This document shows positions 1-11,960 of a stretch of DNA of 64,000 nucleotides, piece after piece. Positions within the stretch are counted from its first letter, which is position 1. Every line of letters starts with the position of its first letter. The position numbers and the translations under genes are program-made. Under the pieces are notes generated by a model that was not told the origin of the DNA, ran no database searches, and worked only from the letters and a program-made list of their open reading frames with translations. This stretch comes from Octopus bimaculoides (lineage: Eukaryota), in the NCBI RefSeq assembly GCF_001194135.2, contig NC_069001.1, positions 29,559,830 through 29,623,829 of the forward strand, given 5' to 3'.

Positions 1-30
1 TAATGCGTTCTTTTAGATGGATGACTGTCA

Positions 31-310
31 CTTAACCACTACGCCATATGCCAACGGGCTACTAACTCCAAGATTCCGAGTTCGATTCCAAGCAGTTACC
101 TGATTAATAATAATAGTAATAATAACAATAAATAATAACATCGAAAAATACATTAGGAATGAGAATCCAGGTTCGAAACATCCCCAAGACACCTGATGAA
201 GGCTGGAGGGTATGTCGGCCGAAACGTTATGTTAACAACAAACACGATGAGGACAAACATCCGTAAGATATAAATAATGTACATAATTTCTCATGTCTTA
301 AATACAGAAC
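31..310 (+). mobile_element. Family D element, copy 1: tRNA-derived SINE-like head + (AAT)n + hammerhead-containing tail; first ~22 nt of the head inverted
   Basis: Aligns by eye with 23849-24137 and 46926-47229. Box B GAGTTCGATTCC, an AAT tract and the shared tail (CATCGAAAAATAC...AAATAYAGAAC) are present. Bases 31-52 (CTTAACCACTACGCCATATGCC) are the reverse complement of the head start seen in the other copies. Confidence 0.88.
188..233 (+). ncRNA. Minimal type I hammerhead ribozyme motif (copy 1)
   Basis: GACAC-CUGAUGA-A-GGCUG[GAGGGUAUGU]CGGCC-GAA-ACGU-U-AUGUU. Core CUGAUGA and GAAA are intact, stem II has 5 bp, stem III is the palindrome ACGU, the predicted cleavage triplet is GUU, and stem I has one mismatch. 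Confidence 0.65.
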
Positions 311-1089
311 AGACATACATTTCTTGACAAATTAACAGGATTAGCAAGATAGCCTGATACAGTACTTGATCTTTTCCTTCTTATGGATTATACACTAAAT
401 ATTAATTTCGACAAACTAGGAACAGAAGTTCCAAAGAACGAAATACAATTACAGAAATATATTCTTTCATACAGGGTAAAGCTTGTACACAATACTCGTT
501 AGTGTTTTATGTTCAGATGTAAGCTTTTGTGCGCAGCTTCTCTACCGCTGCTTCATAATTCATAACATTTTGATTCTATATTGTGAAAATACTGTAACAG
601 ACAGAAATGTGAAATTAAAAAAAAGACAAAACACAAAAATGAACCTATTTGTTTCCAGCATTAATTCGAATTATCCAGTAATATAATTAGAATGAATATA
701 ATCAAATAACATTAATTTCCATTTCGAAAAAAGAAAATACGATGAAATTAATTCTGAACAAACAATAATATTCCTGCAGAAGTTATTTTTATTTAGCAAA
801 TTTTTGCGTCATATTTTTTAAAATTATATTTATGTATATATTGATTAATTAGTTTCAGAATCTCTTTTATCATTAGCTGTAAATAATTTCACTAATTTGT
901 CATTACTTTTTGTGCAACGGATGCAATTTTATGAAACAATAAAATCATGTACGCAAATACATACATATGTATGTATGTACCTAGGTACTTTCAATCATGC
1001 GTACACACATACGGTCATATGCAGATGTATATTCTTCATGCAGATATTTCAATATCTTTTGTGAAGAAAGAACTCGGTAGACAATATTT

Positions 1090-1560
1090 TTTCATACTGA
1101 TGCACAGAAATATTATTATTATAGTTGCTCATCACGATGCATCCGTCATATTATTACTACCTGACAGTCGTACGTTGCACCACTTCGCGTTTGAGCAGAC
1201 ATGGGCACATTTACTTCTGTTTGCTCTGGTAGAGAAGCGCTCCGCTACTTTGGCACTCTATTTATTTTTCTATACCCATTGTGAGGAGAATCATGTACGA
1301 TATGATTGGTGTTTCGCAGACATTTGCAGATACTGCGACGACATCGCCAGTGTTTCCTTGTCATTGAACAGATGTGTTCACCTGTGAACAGGTATCGTCG
1401 ATGTTTTCTGTAGGTCGTCCCCTTCACTGAGCTGCAGTCCTGTGTCAACTGTCGAATGAAGCAGTGCCCTTAGAACCAAGAAAATCATCATCTGGGCTTG
1501 CTGAAGATGCACGCACACCGACGAAACTGTCTCGATGAACTTGTTCAGTGTATGAGCAAT
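1090..1560 (-). mobile_element. Degenerate mariner-type transposase N-terminal fragment (frameshifted)
   Basis: Frame-hopping translation gives ..SSVK/RGRP.. then HIVHD...GYRKINRVPK then IVMSN..SVHQYE. These resemble mariner GRP, IVHDxLGYRKVCARWVPK and RIVTGDETWVHHYE. Stops and frameshifts present; no TIR found. Confidence 0.45.
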
Positions 1561-1734
1561 GCTGACCTGTGAACTCGGCTACGATAACTGCTGTCCCTTG
1601 AAGAACAGATCCAGCTATCTACAGAATCCATAAAGAAAATCCCTTAGGGCAGTGTTTTTCTATCTGCTGGCCTTAATAAATATTGTCTGATGACGGAACA
1701 GATTGAAAGAAATAAAGCCAGACACGGTTCGCTT

Positions 1735-2150
1735 TGTCCAAGCGGTCATCAACTTTTTTTTGTTTCCACTTTACACAAAAATTAGTATTCAGATGTAAGT
1801 GATGCATTCCAGGAAATTTGTAGAAATGTGGCTGAATGGAGCAACAAGTGTCCTAGTGTCAGGCATGCTCTTACTATGAGACTTTAAATTGGAAGAGGAA
1901 GATTAGGATGGGGCACTTGCTTCTCTGATTAGGGTGACCGGATTTTAGTTGCGTATCTATGAACAACTATCCGAATTGTCTCTTCCTTTGGGAATATCTT
2001 TCTTGTGTGAATTTTTTGCTTCATTCTTTTGGTTATTTTACTTTTTGTATATATTCTTGAAACGCTTCATCACATCACATCCTATTGTATTGTCCTATAC
2101 CGTCTTATGTGTTTGTGTAAAACATTAGCTATCAATAAAGAAATTATTGT
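1735..2150 (+). mobile_element. Possible LINE (Tx1/L1-like) 3' end: ORF remnant plus T-rich 3'UTR ending AATAAAGAAAT
   Basis: Weak peptide resemblance (..VMHSRKFVEMW..), followed by a pyrimidine-rich UTR and a polyA-signal-like end. A similar end lies at ~4620-4775. Confidence 0.25.
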
Positions 2151-2224
2151 AAGAAGTGATGAGGAGGGGCGATTACCAAAGTCATTGAAAGTTTAACAAA
2201 ATGTTTCGTTGCAATAGTTCGGTA

Positions 2225-2452
2225 ATAAAACATTGCAATAAGATTGAATGCTTCCCTATGCAATGAAATTGATTGTACTATTGAATTTTTGAACAAAAAG
2301 ATGGAATGTTGTGAAGACAAATATATTGGCGATTAGAAAACATAAATAAGAGTAAGCGTAAAACATAATTCCTACGGGTATCTCTAACCCTTATAGACCG
2401 TTCTACAAGTCTATTGAATTTTAAAATGTTTACTCGCTTGGGATAAGATGTC
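2225..2452 (+). repeat. Unclassified dispersed repeat, copy 1 (pairs with 6113-6327)
   Basis: Colinear matches such as AATAAGAT.GAATGCTTCCCT..GCAATGAAAT.GATT, AGAAAACATAAATAAGA and TTTACTCGCTT.GGAT.AGATG. Confidence 0.8.
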
Positions 2453-2879
2453 AAAATTCCGCCGAGGTCACCTTCATGTTCTACAAAATCAAATGAGCTG
2501 TGGGAATATAGAAATAAAAAAAAAAAACACAACTTTCAAATATTTAATGAAGTCCTAGCATCGATGATATCGAATTATGCCGACCGTTAAAAATTATTGG
2601 ACATATGCCTAAATCAGAATCTATTTTTTTTCATTTGCATAACGGCCACGATCTTGCAGACGAGTTAGATCATTATAACAGTAAATTTAGATACATGTTA
2701 CAGCCCGAATTTTTCTTAGTTCAAATCCCGCTGTGGGCAAATTTATGATTTAGCCTTTAGAACTAAACAACAGAGCTATCAGTGAAGAGCTGCAATGGAT
2801 AATTTTAAGAAGAAGATCTTGAAAATGTTGTCTATGTGCCTAAATCAGAGATCCTTTTGCTGTTATCTAAAGGCTGAAA

Positions 2880-3050
2880 GGTGGGGAAAATCCTTTGCAC
2901 ACCAGAGAAATATGTTTCGCGGAGTTTCTTTCGGCGCTCTACATTCTGAGTTCAACCGCAGAAGTAGACTTCATATTTCATTCCTTTTGGATCAATACAA
3001 TTAGTATTGATTGAATACTGACGTCGGTGAATTCGATTTTCGCCACCACT
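2880..3050 (+). mobile_element. SINE family A, degenerate copy
   Basis: CATTCTGAGTTCAA..CGCAGAAGTAGACTT..TTTCATTCCTTT matches the family A box B and central domain. Confidence 0.5.
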
Positions 3051-4817
3051 CAATATTTTTTTCAATTAAAGTTTTAGCTTGTTCCCTAAATATTAACATT
3101 GTTGAGATCATGAGCAAAATAAAATATATAAATTATGAGTGAAATTAGACAACAGTAACAATTATTTTTTTTTTCTTATTCTATAGAGATTATGAACAAC
3201 GTCTGATGAGAATTATCAATTTTGAGTCATCATGAATGGTAGATGCCACCTATTTGATGCTTCATCACATGCTTTACAGACACTAGCTACTCTATGCAGA
3301 AACAATACAATCTGATTTTAAAAACTCGGAATGCAATATGCACGATTAGTTATAGAGTCTTCAACACTATCGTGTGTGCGTGTATGTATGTTTGGAAGGT
3401 AATCCCAAACTGGAAAAATGTTTTGGATGCTTGAAACAGATTACACTCCATTCAAAACACCGAAACTGTTTACAATGGGTGACATGTTAGGTAAGCCAAA
3501 AAAATAAGTCATGGCCTAATATGAACTGAAAATGGAAGGACAGGAATACATATAGCACGAATTTCGATCCGATGGTTTTACAGTTCACCTAATTCGCTCC
3601 CTTTGACTGATACATCTTCATCGACCACACAAAACAATTAACTATCCAATAAATCATGTCGGATTTGAACTCGGACCGTTTTGTTTCGGAATATAAATCC
3701 GATCTATTCGGGAATTTGTGCATTTAACTTTAATCTGTACTGCTCTAGAACAAAGCTGGAGTGCTATTATACAAGGCTTAATTTTAATATATCTCTATTT
3801 CGGATACATGATCTAATTTTACGGGCACCTACTTTATACTTCATCCTAACAGAACTAGCGAAACCAGTACAAGTGGTAATAAAACTCGAATTTGGTTAAA
3901 AGGTATAAAGTATTCTATTTGTAAGACAAACAGTAAAACAAGAGAAAACCGACAAAAGTGTTTCACTTGTATAATGTTCGCTTCTCTGACTCAACTGAGC
4001 AATATTTGAGTAAATCATTAAGCTATGCCATGTATACAAGCCTCATTTTGCATCAATGTTATCAATTCCATTCGATAACAGTAGTTAATCAATGAATGAG
4101 GCACTACGTGGCCATTCTATCTGTCAGAAATAACAGCGGAATTCCCCATAAGTCCCACCCTTTTATCTTCAACGTAGCCGGACACGGTAAACAACGTTTT
4201 CTTCGATAAAATGTGTGACGGGAATGGTTATGTCTGGAGTAGAGATAATTGTCTTCTTCATTAAAATAAAACTAGAATTAATCAACAGAAGTGAACGTGT
4301 GAAACTTGAGCGTCTAGTTAATTACGAAATATATTTTAATCAAAAATATTGGTGTGCTCCCAATTTGCCTTTGTTATGATTAAAGTTAGTATTATTTAAC
4401 TATTGTTGCGGATTAAATATACATGTTAATTAAAAAGAAAAGGTTAACGATGGTTTGCTTATAAAATAAATACAAACTACCTCCTGAATAGAAGTGGTGG
4501 AGTTAAGAGAAATCGAACCACTAATGAAGTTTTATGAAAGAAAAAAAAATTAAATTAAAGGGGGAAAAAAAGAGCAATTGTAAATAGTACATATAACGGT
4601 TCAAATGGTACTGCATGGGAGTGGGGCCAATGCGTCCATTTTCATTTTTTCATTTTTATATAACTTTCATTTCATTTACTTTCGTTTTATGTTGGTTTTT
4701 TTCCCACTGTGGTCTTACCGATCCTTGTGGTGTTCCCATTTCTCTTTATGGCTTTATGCCTAATAAAGAAATCAGCAGTATCAACAAAAATAATTAGAAA
4801 GAAATGCTCTTTTGTGT

Positions 4818-5232
4818 GAAATTTTGGTGGAGGGGTCCAGTCGATTAGATCGACCCAGTAGGCAACTGCTACTTAATTTATCGACCACGAAACGATGGAA
4901 GGCTAAGTCGACCTCGGCGGAAAAATCTTCTTTTCTGCTCTAGGCACAAGTCCCGAAATTTTAGGGTAGGAGCCCAGTCGATTAGATTGACACCAGTACG
5001 CAACTGATACTTCATTTATCAACCCCTGAAAGGATGAAGTTGACCTCAATGGAATTTGAACCTAAAAACCGACGAAATGTTGCTGAACATTTTGTTCGGC
5101 GTACTAACGTTTCTGCTACCTCGCCGCCCTATGCAACATATATATCCGTTTCTACTCTAGGCACAAGGCCTGAAATTTTGGGGGAGGAGGCCAGTCGATT
5201 AGATCGATCCCAGGAAAGGCAAGTCGACCTCG
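4818..5232 (-). mobile_element. Cluster of three tandem SINE family A copies (~4818-4922, ~4931-5128 near full length, ~5149-5232)
   Basis: The blocks CCAGTCGATTAGATCGAC, CTCTAGGCACAAG and AAGTCGACCTCG recur. The middle copy has the tRNA-like head (plus strand CTCGCCGCC = reverse complement of GGCGGCGAG). Confidence 0.85.
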
Positions 5233-5709
5233 TTGGATGCAACATACATATTGCTTAAGGACAACTTCAGTGGAAGAATATAAATTTGAATGACAGCCGA
5301 GTTTAAGTGTTACATACAGAGTAGGTTTGTCTGTTTTACAAACATTTTAATCCTTATTTTGCAAGTCTACAATTTGGAAAAATATCTGTCCCATGAATTT
5401 CGTTTCAAAGCAAAACTATTTGTTGGTTGCTGTCGGGTCAACTGAAACCCTGACTATGTTTCAAAGAGTATAGCTAATAATACATAAGCCAACATATAAG
5501 AAGTTCGTTTATAGATATTATGCCAACGAAAGAGAAATATCTGCTGTTTTATGGTGTCGTTTATCGTTTTCATGTCTTACCAATTTGACTACGGTCATGA
5601 TGGGTACCACCATGAAGAATTTCTAACCGAATGAACAGACCTAAGTACTTGTCTGTTTTCAAGCTTGGTACTTATTCTATCGTTTTCTGATGCCACGATG
5701 CTAATTCAT

Positions 5710-5955
5710 GGGGACGTAAGCACACCGGCATCTGTCGTCAAGCGGTGGTGGAGGGAAAAACACAGACACAAAGATACACACACAGATGTACATATATATG
5801 CAACGGACTTTTTTCAGTTTCGGCCCTTCAAATCTCCATACATGGCTTTAGTCAACCTGAGGCTTAAGTAGAAGGGATTCACACCCTGTTGCCAAGCGGT
5901 TGAATTGCACCTGGAACTATAGGTTTCGAAGCAAACCTCTTACCATACAGCCACA
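5710..5955 (-). mobile_element. SINE family B copy
   Basis: Reverse complement matches the family B head (GTGGCTGTATGGTAAGAG...) and the post-microsatellite block (CTTGACGACAGATGCCGGTGTGCTTACGTCCCC). Confidence 0.75.
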
Positions 5956-6112
5956 CTTATACATTGTTATATGTTTTTATTTGATATATTATAGCTGGCT
6001 TTGTGCCAAGATTTGAAATCGATATGTAATATTTTGTCTTTCATGAGTTAAATTCGAGAGCTATACTTTCCATAAACATGAATATAAAATTATACCCAGG
6101 ATAAACAAAGTT

Positions 6113-6327
6113 ATAAAGCATTGGAATAAGATCGAATGCTTCCCTGGGCAATGAAATCGATTATACAATTGAATTTTTTAAACATAATGATAGAATGAAT
6201 GTGAAGACACATATATTGATGAGTAGAAAACATAAATAAGACTTAGTGTAAAACAGATAATGACTTATAGACAGTTCTAGAAGTCTATCGAAATTTAAAA
6301 GGTTTACTCGCTTCGGATGAGATGACA
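6113..6327 (+). repeat. Unclassified dispersed repeat, copy 2 (pairs with 2225-2452)
   Basis: Direct colinear alignment with copy 1. Confidence 0.8.
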
Positions 6328-6384
6328 GGATGCAAAACGTAACTTCCGTTCATGATTAATAATGTATTATCATTAATTGATTTG

Positions 6385-6423
<39 letters not shown>

Positions 6424-6429
6424 CATACA

Positions 6430-6644
6430 TACATGTGTATAAGAAGGGATGACCACTAAGTGGACATCCAATATGCTAGAAAGAGGTCATCAACAACTCA
6501 ACCACAAAGAAAAATAATGTTCTCCAGAACAAAATTCGCAAAACACCAGAACAAGAACATTTTTCTTTGTCGTTGGGTCGATGATGACCTCTTTTTAGGA
6601 TATTGGATCTCCACTTAGTGGTTATCCCTTCTTATACACATGTA
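6430..6644. mobile_element. Fold-back element / MITE with ~86-bp inverted arms
   Basis: 6430-6515 versus the reverse complement of 6559-6644 shows about 8 mismatches in 86 bp by manual alignment. The element begins and ends with TA. Confidence 0.9.
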
Positions 6645-6728
6645 ATACTTGTTTTCTGAATGTTTAGATTATTTTATATGCTAGGCGACTTATATATATG
6701 AGTGAGTGAGTGAGTGAGTGAGTGTATT

Positions 6729-6759
<31 letters not shown>

Positions 6760-8136
6760 AAGCAATTAAAAAGTTTTTTTTTGTTTTTGTAGCGTTGAAT
6801 GTGTGTCGTATCATACAGACGAGAAAGTAATATTTCGAAGGAAGTACAGCCTTGAAAACAGTAGAACGATTGGGTATTTTACCCGTATATGATGAGGGAA
6901 AAATTGTCAGCAGACACCCCAAAGAGACGATCCTGCACGTCCCAGGTACCGGCTGATTACTCTGCCAATTGCTCTAAATTGTCCACGGTTTCTGCTATGA
7001 AATCCAGTGGACTGTTAGTTAAGTTCTCTGTCATCTCTTTCTTATTACCGCTCTATACTCATCTAAGATGTTGCTCCGTAACATATATATATTGAGTTTT
7101 ATACCAGGTTATTAGTCTCACAATGCTTACGCAAAACATATATGAATATATATATATATATATGATGTTACATATATGATGTTAAATAATCACATACGGT
7201 GCCAAGCGTAATCGATTCATTTGTCTCTAGCGTTTTCAGTGTTACTTATCTTTTGCAGGCAAGAAATGAACAGAGATAACCTCGATTCATGTGTGATTTG
7301 AAATTACAGCGTATACAACTATATGTATAAACTAAAAGGAATTCTATTCGAACAGCTAAGGCCGCTTATCTAACACCGTACACTAGTTACATGTGAATAA
7401 ATTATGGAAAGAAAAATAAAGAAAAGAAAACATATATATTGAAATTTGTTGCAATCACACTCGTTCGTGAATTCCCTAGCACAGATTAAATAATAACCAC
7501 AAATCTCAGCCGTCAAATAAGTTCTTGTCTTCTGGAAAAGACTCCTTCTTTCTTTAATACTTTCAGTTCTGTAAATGTACCAATATATATTCCTGGAATT
7601 TTTCTCCTTCAAATCATTAAATAAACCAGTTTAAACATTGCTTTCTCGAATATTTCAGATTTTCCATCAACAATTTCTTATCTACCTTAATTCCAGACAA
7701 CCATAAAATATTTTCGTAGACTGCACATTTCAGCTGTTTTATTTGTTGCTTATATCCTTGTTTATTTATTTCTTGCTTATGATCGTATTATTAACGAGCT
7801 TTATATTTTATTTTATGTATTCTTTATTTCTTGTTCCTTTAAATAATTGCTTTTTTTTTTCCTTTCTTCCACATCTTCATGTTTTTATTTGTATTTTTTT
7901 TTTCAAAATCAAGTCAGACTGAAATATCTAAAATGTTTTGCTTAGGTCAAAACAATGTTTGCGTGTGTAGTGTATGTGTGTTTGCGATTATACTTCAGTG
8001 TCTCCGTATGCGAGTGAGTTGTGCGCCTGTTTTGGCTTGGTCGTATTTGCATGTGTGTGTGTACATCGTGAGCTTGCGAGCATTCTTGGTTCGTCNNNNN
8101 NNNNNTGTGTGTGTCTGTGTGTGTGTATATATATCC

Positions 8137-8183
<47 letters not shown>

Positions 8184-8439
8184 CAGTGTCTGTGAATGTG
8201 TGCAACGAGATATGTAGACATATCCACATGCATAAATCTACGGAAGCAAGTGTGTACGCTCACCGGTACACACTCGCAAAATTATAAACACGGACACGCA
8301 AATCGTATTACATACCCACAGTATCATGTACTTACATATGTGTGTATGTATGTATGTCGGTAGGTAAGAAGGTAGGTGTTTAGGTAGGTAGGTATGAAAA
8401 CATGTATCCATATAACGACGTATCTCTGCCTCTATTTGT

Positions 8440-8476
<37 letters not shown>

Positions 8477-8635
8477 NNNNNNNNNNNNNNNNNNNNNNNN
8501 NNNNNNNNNNNNNNNNNNNNNNNNNNNNNNNNNNNNNNNNNNNNNNNNNNNNNNNNNNNNNNNNNNNNNNNNNNNNNNNNNNNNNNNNNNNNNNNNNNNN
8601 NNNNNNNNNNNNNNNNNNNNNNNNNNNNNNNNNNN

Positions 8636-8666
<31 letters not shown>

Positions 8667-8764
8667 AAGCGTGTGCGTATGCTTTTGTGTATACACATAT
8701 CGTTTGCATTACACTACACACGCGCATGTGTGTATTTGTATTAGAATATACGCACACTCATGTA

Positions 8765-8817
<53 letters not shown>

Positions 8818-9377
8818 CTGTGTGTATGTGTGTTTGTGTAAGTGTATCTATATATGTCGACATCAGTTTGTGCGCATGTATGATGAAGCATTTAATATTC
8901 CGTGATTGAAAACCTGATCTTTTGAAGATAAGCAGCGCCAAAAGATAAAACAACCCAAAACGCCAATTCCTCAGAGCTTCAAAACCTATAAATCAATTTA
9001 AATTTTGCAAATTGCTTTACTTTAATATATTTTATTCGTTCATTTAATATACGCAAACGGCCTTATTCTGACATATCATATATTTACTATCTTTTGTGTT
9101 TTAGATCTATATAGCTTCCCTGTTAAACTATAACTGCATCATCTTAATTCTCACTATCATCAGTATCATTTAGCTTAATGCCCTCGTTTTGTTTTCATCA
9201 TGCAAGCATAATTTTGAACAATGCATAAACAAATGAAATATAGAGTAATATGCATTGTTGTAGTCATCATATATGCAGACTTTCTCCGTTTTAGTCTGTT
9301 CTATTTGCACCCAATAACTAAATCATTTTAGCTTATCGTATGATGTATCTATGAAATGTTGGCCTTACATAACGGAA

Positions 9378-9500
9378 TGCGTGGCTGAGTTGTCAAATGT
9401 TCCAAAACACAGAGTCGTCAGTTCAGTCCCACTTACTTGCACTTTGGGCAAGTGTCTTTTACTATAGCCTAGGGGCAACTAAATCATTGCAGGTGGACTT
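9378..9500 (+). mobile_element. SINE family B, 5' partial
   Basis: GTTCAGTCCCACT...GCACTTTGGGCAAGTGTCTTTTACTATAGCC. Confidence 0.7.
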
Positions 9501-9629
9501 GAAGCCTATAAGATATGCATATATACATGTAAATGATATGTATATATATACATTTTGGTATGTATTTATACACACTTATAGTTGGTACTATCTCACAAGC
9601 TATCCATCGGAAAAGCAGCAATAGTTTGT

Positions 9630-10597
9630 CGACAATTATGTCAAGATGGAATCAATGTCAAGACTCATTCTCAGTCTGGCATTTACAAATCGACTATCAA
9701 AGAAGCTGTTAAACTAAGAAAGAAAATGAAGAAAACAGTATTATTTAGAAAACTGGTCATTGTATTTTGATGGTAAACGTAGTGATGACCAATAATACCA
9801 AGTGCTACTTCTAGATAGAAGGTAAGTTAGAATCACTCCAATTACCACACGAAAAAGCCGATACTATTAGGAAAGGAATAAAGCTGATTTACATGAATAC
9901 AATTTATAGCACTGTGTAACGATGATTGTCGCTGATGCAACGAGTGAGAACACAGCGAAAAGAAATGTTATTGTCACTCAGTTGTAAAGACTTTGCTCAA
10001 AACGGTTTGAAAGAACCATATCGTATCCTTGATAGAGGTCTTCGTATTGTAAGGGATGATATCATCTTCCAATATTGGACATACATTCATTCCGGATCTT
10101 CTAAGTAACTACGAGAAACTCCAGGCCAATTTCAACAATAGCGAAGAAATGATTACTGAATCAGCAGGATGGTGAGATGACATGAAATTTCTATTTCATT
10201 TCACTGGAGATGTTCGTTTCTTTGAAGAAACCGACAAATTTCCTACTGAAAAGTTTAGAATATGCCCAAATTAAGTCATGCAAGATGGAATTCTCGATTA
10301 ATACTAGCTCTTTTGGCATATATTCTTCTACCAGAGAAAAGACGTTTGCTTCTCAATGCCTGTCATCTCTTACAGCTGGGCAGATTTTTGGTTTACTCAC
10401 CAAATGTTCAATATGCACAGGATTATTAGAAGTTTTGTGGTAGCCTGTAAGTTCATAGAAAAGTATCGAACTGTGGAAAAATCTTTTGGCGGCGAGAAGC
10501 ATGAAAACTGGAAACTCCCAGAACAAATCAGACTGCAGAATGGGCAATCGAGTACCTTCAAGATCTTTATGATGTTTGTAAAAAGGACAGCCTCCGG
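9630..10597 (+). pseudogene. Decayed DDE transposase, hAT-superfamily-like
   Basis: Frame-hopping translation gives WSLYFDGK (D ~9769), MIVADATSENTAK (D ~9934), [18 protein letters not shown] (~10277; RWNS is hAT-like) and [17 protein letters not shown] (E ~10538). Order and spacing fit a DDE core; multiple stops and frameshifts. Confidence 0.65.
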
Positions 10598-10602
10598 CTG
10601 CT

Positions 10603-10668
<66 letters not shown>

Positions 10669-10832
10669 TATATATATACACACATATATATATATATATA
10701 CACATACAGAGAGAAAGAGAGAGAGTGGAGGAGGAACGAGAGAAGTAAACCTGCGATTACGGCGTGAATTAGAAAATTTTGTTGATTGAAATATTTAAAT
10801 AGACATATAAGCCTTACCGTATAGTGACTATA

Positions 10833-11212
10833 GACCTAATGATCAAGAAGGTTGCTTCCCAAACACATGGTTCCAGGTTTAGTCCCACTTCGTGTCACTT
10901 TGATCAAGCGCTTCTACTATAGCCGCAAGCCGACCAAAGCCCTGTAAGTGCATTCGGTAGACGGAAACTGAAAGAAGTCCGTCGTATACATCTGTGTGTG
11001 TGTGTGTGTGTGTGTGTATCTATGTGTGCTTGTATATCAATGCATGTGTGTCTGTGCTTCTTTCTCCATCACTACTTGGCAACCGGTGCTGGTTTTTTTT
11101 TTACGTCCCCGTAGCATAGCGGTTCGGCAAAAAGGACAGATAGAAGAAGTGTCACGCTTAAAAAAAGCAAACTAAGTATTGGCGTCGGTTTACTCTGAAA
11201 CAGGTAAAAGAT
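10833..11212 (+). mobile_element. SINE family B copy with internal (GT)n
   Basis: GCTTCCCAAACACATGGTTCCAGGTTTAGTCCCACT...GGTAGACGGAAACTGAAAGAAG, then (GT)n, then TTTACGTCCCCGTAGCATAGCGGTTCGGCAAAA. Confidence 0.82.
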
Positions 11213-11812
11213 AAATGATAAAATATTAAAAATATTTGCCCAAACATTAATTGTTCTACGTGTAGCAACATGATCTTTTGAGGGATAACAGTCAGCAAAT
11301 TTTGTGTGCATGGATTGAGCCGACAGTAATTCTCGATTGGTCATGCTGCAATGTGTCGGACTGACCTGCTGTATAATGTAACTAATTCATGCTCTAATGG
11401 AATCCTACTGTCTTCCATGATAAAGTCAGCGTGGGATCATTTTAATGATAAAATATATTAAGAGAAAGGCGCGCCTAATCCGTTTCCAATATATCCTATT
11501 GTCTCAATGATCTTTGCTAAACATTCATAAATTACACCAGTTCACTACTTCATTGGAATTTTCAATTGTAAATATTACTATTTTAAACTATTATACTCTA
11601 TTAAACTATTGTATGCTCTATAATAAAGTATGACATAATATCTTGTGCCTTTAGCTAAGGTTTGTTCAGTTCAACACATCACGTAGCTCCGGGAATATGA
11701 CAAACGGCGCATATCAAACTGCACGGTACATGCCCTTGAGTATTTATGAAAAGCTAGGAAACGACAACTATATATATATAGGAATCATCAGTTAAAATTT
11801 CTTATTAGAATT

Positions 11813-11960
11813 AAGGCGGCGAGGTGGCAAAACCGTTTGAGTGTCATTAAAAAATTCATTGCATTAATTCTCCCGACTCATGAGATTCTAAGTTCAAAAT
11901 TCATCTTTGCTTGTCGACCCTCCAGGATCGACGAAATAACATACTATAAAGTACTGTAGT
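11813..11960 (+). mobile_element. SINE family A, highly degenerate
   Basis: AAGGCGGCGAGGTGGCAAAA head and TTCTAAGTTCAAAATTC box-B-like block. Confidence 0.45.

Noticed and set aside
947-1387. 146-aa plus-strand ORF
   Set aside because: It starts in (TATG)-type low complexity, has no recognisable domain, and is antisense to a decayed transposase.
1501-1535. CTGAAGA...CGAAAC-T-GTC hammerhead-like signature
   Set aside because: Neither stem I nor stem II can pair, and it lies antisense within the mariner-like remnant.
7879-8953. Cluster of long ORFs ([12 protein letters not shown], poly-X)
   Set aside because: Translations of (AT)n/(AC)n microsatellites and N gaps. The same applies at 20.6-21.3, 28.3-28.7, 30.2-30.7, 40.5-41.6, 52.9-53.2, 56-56.5 and 63-63.6 kb.
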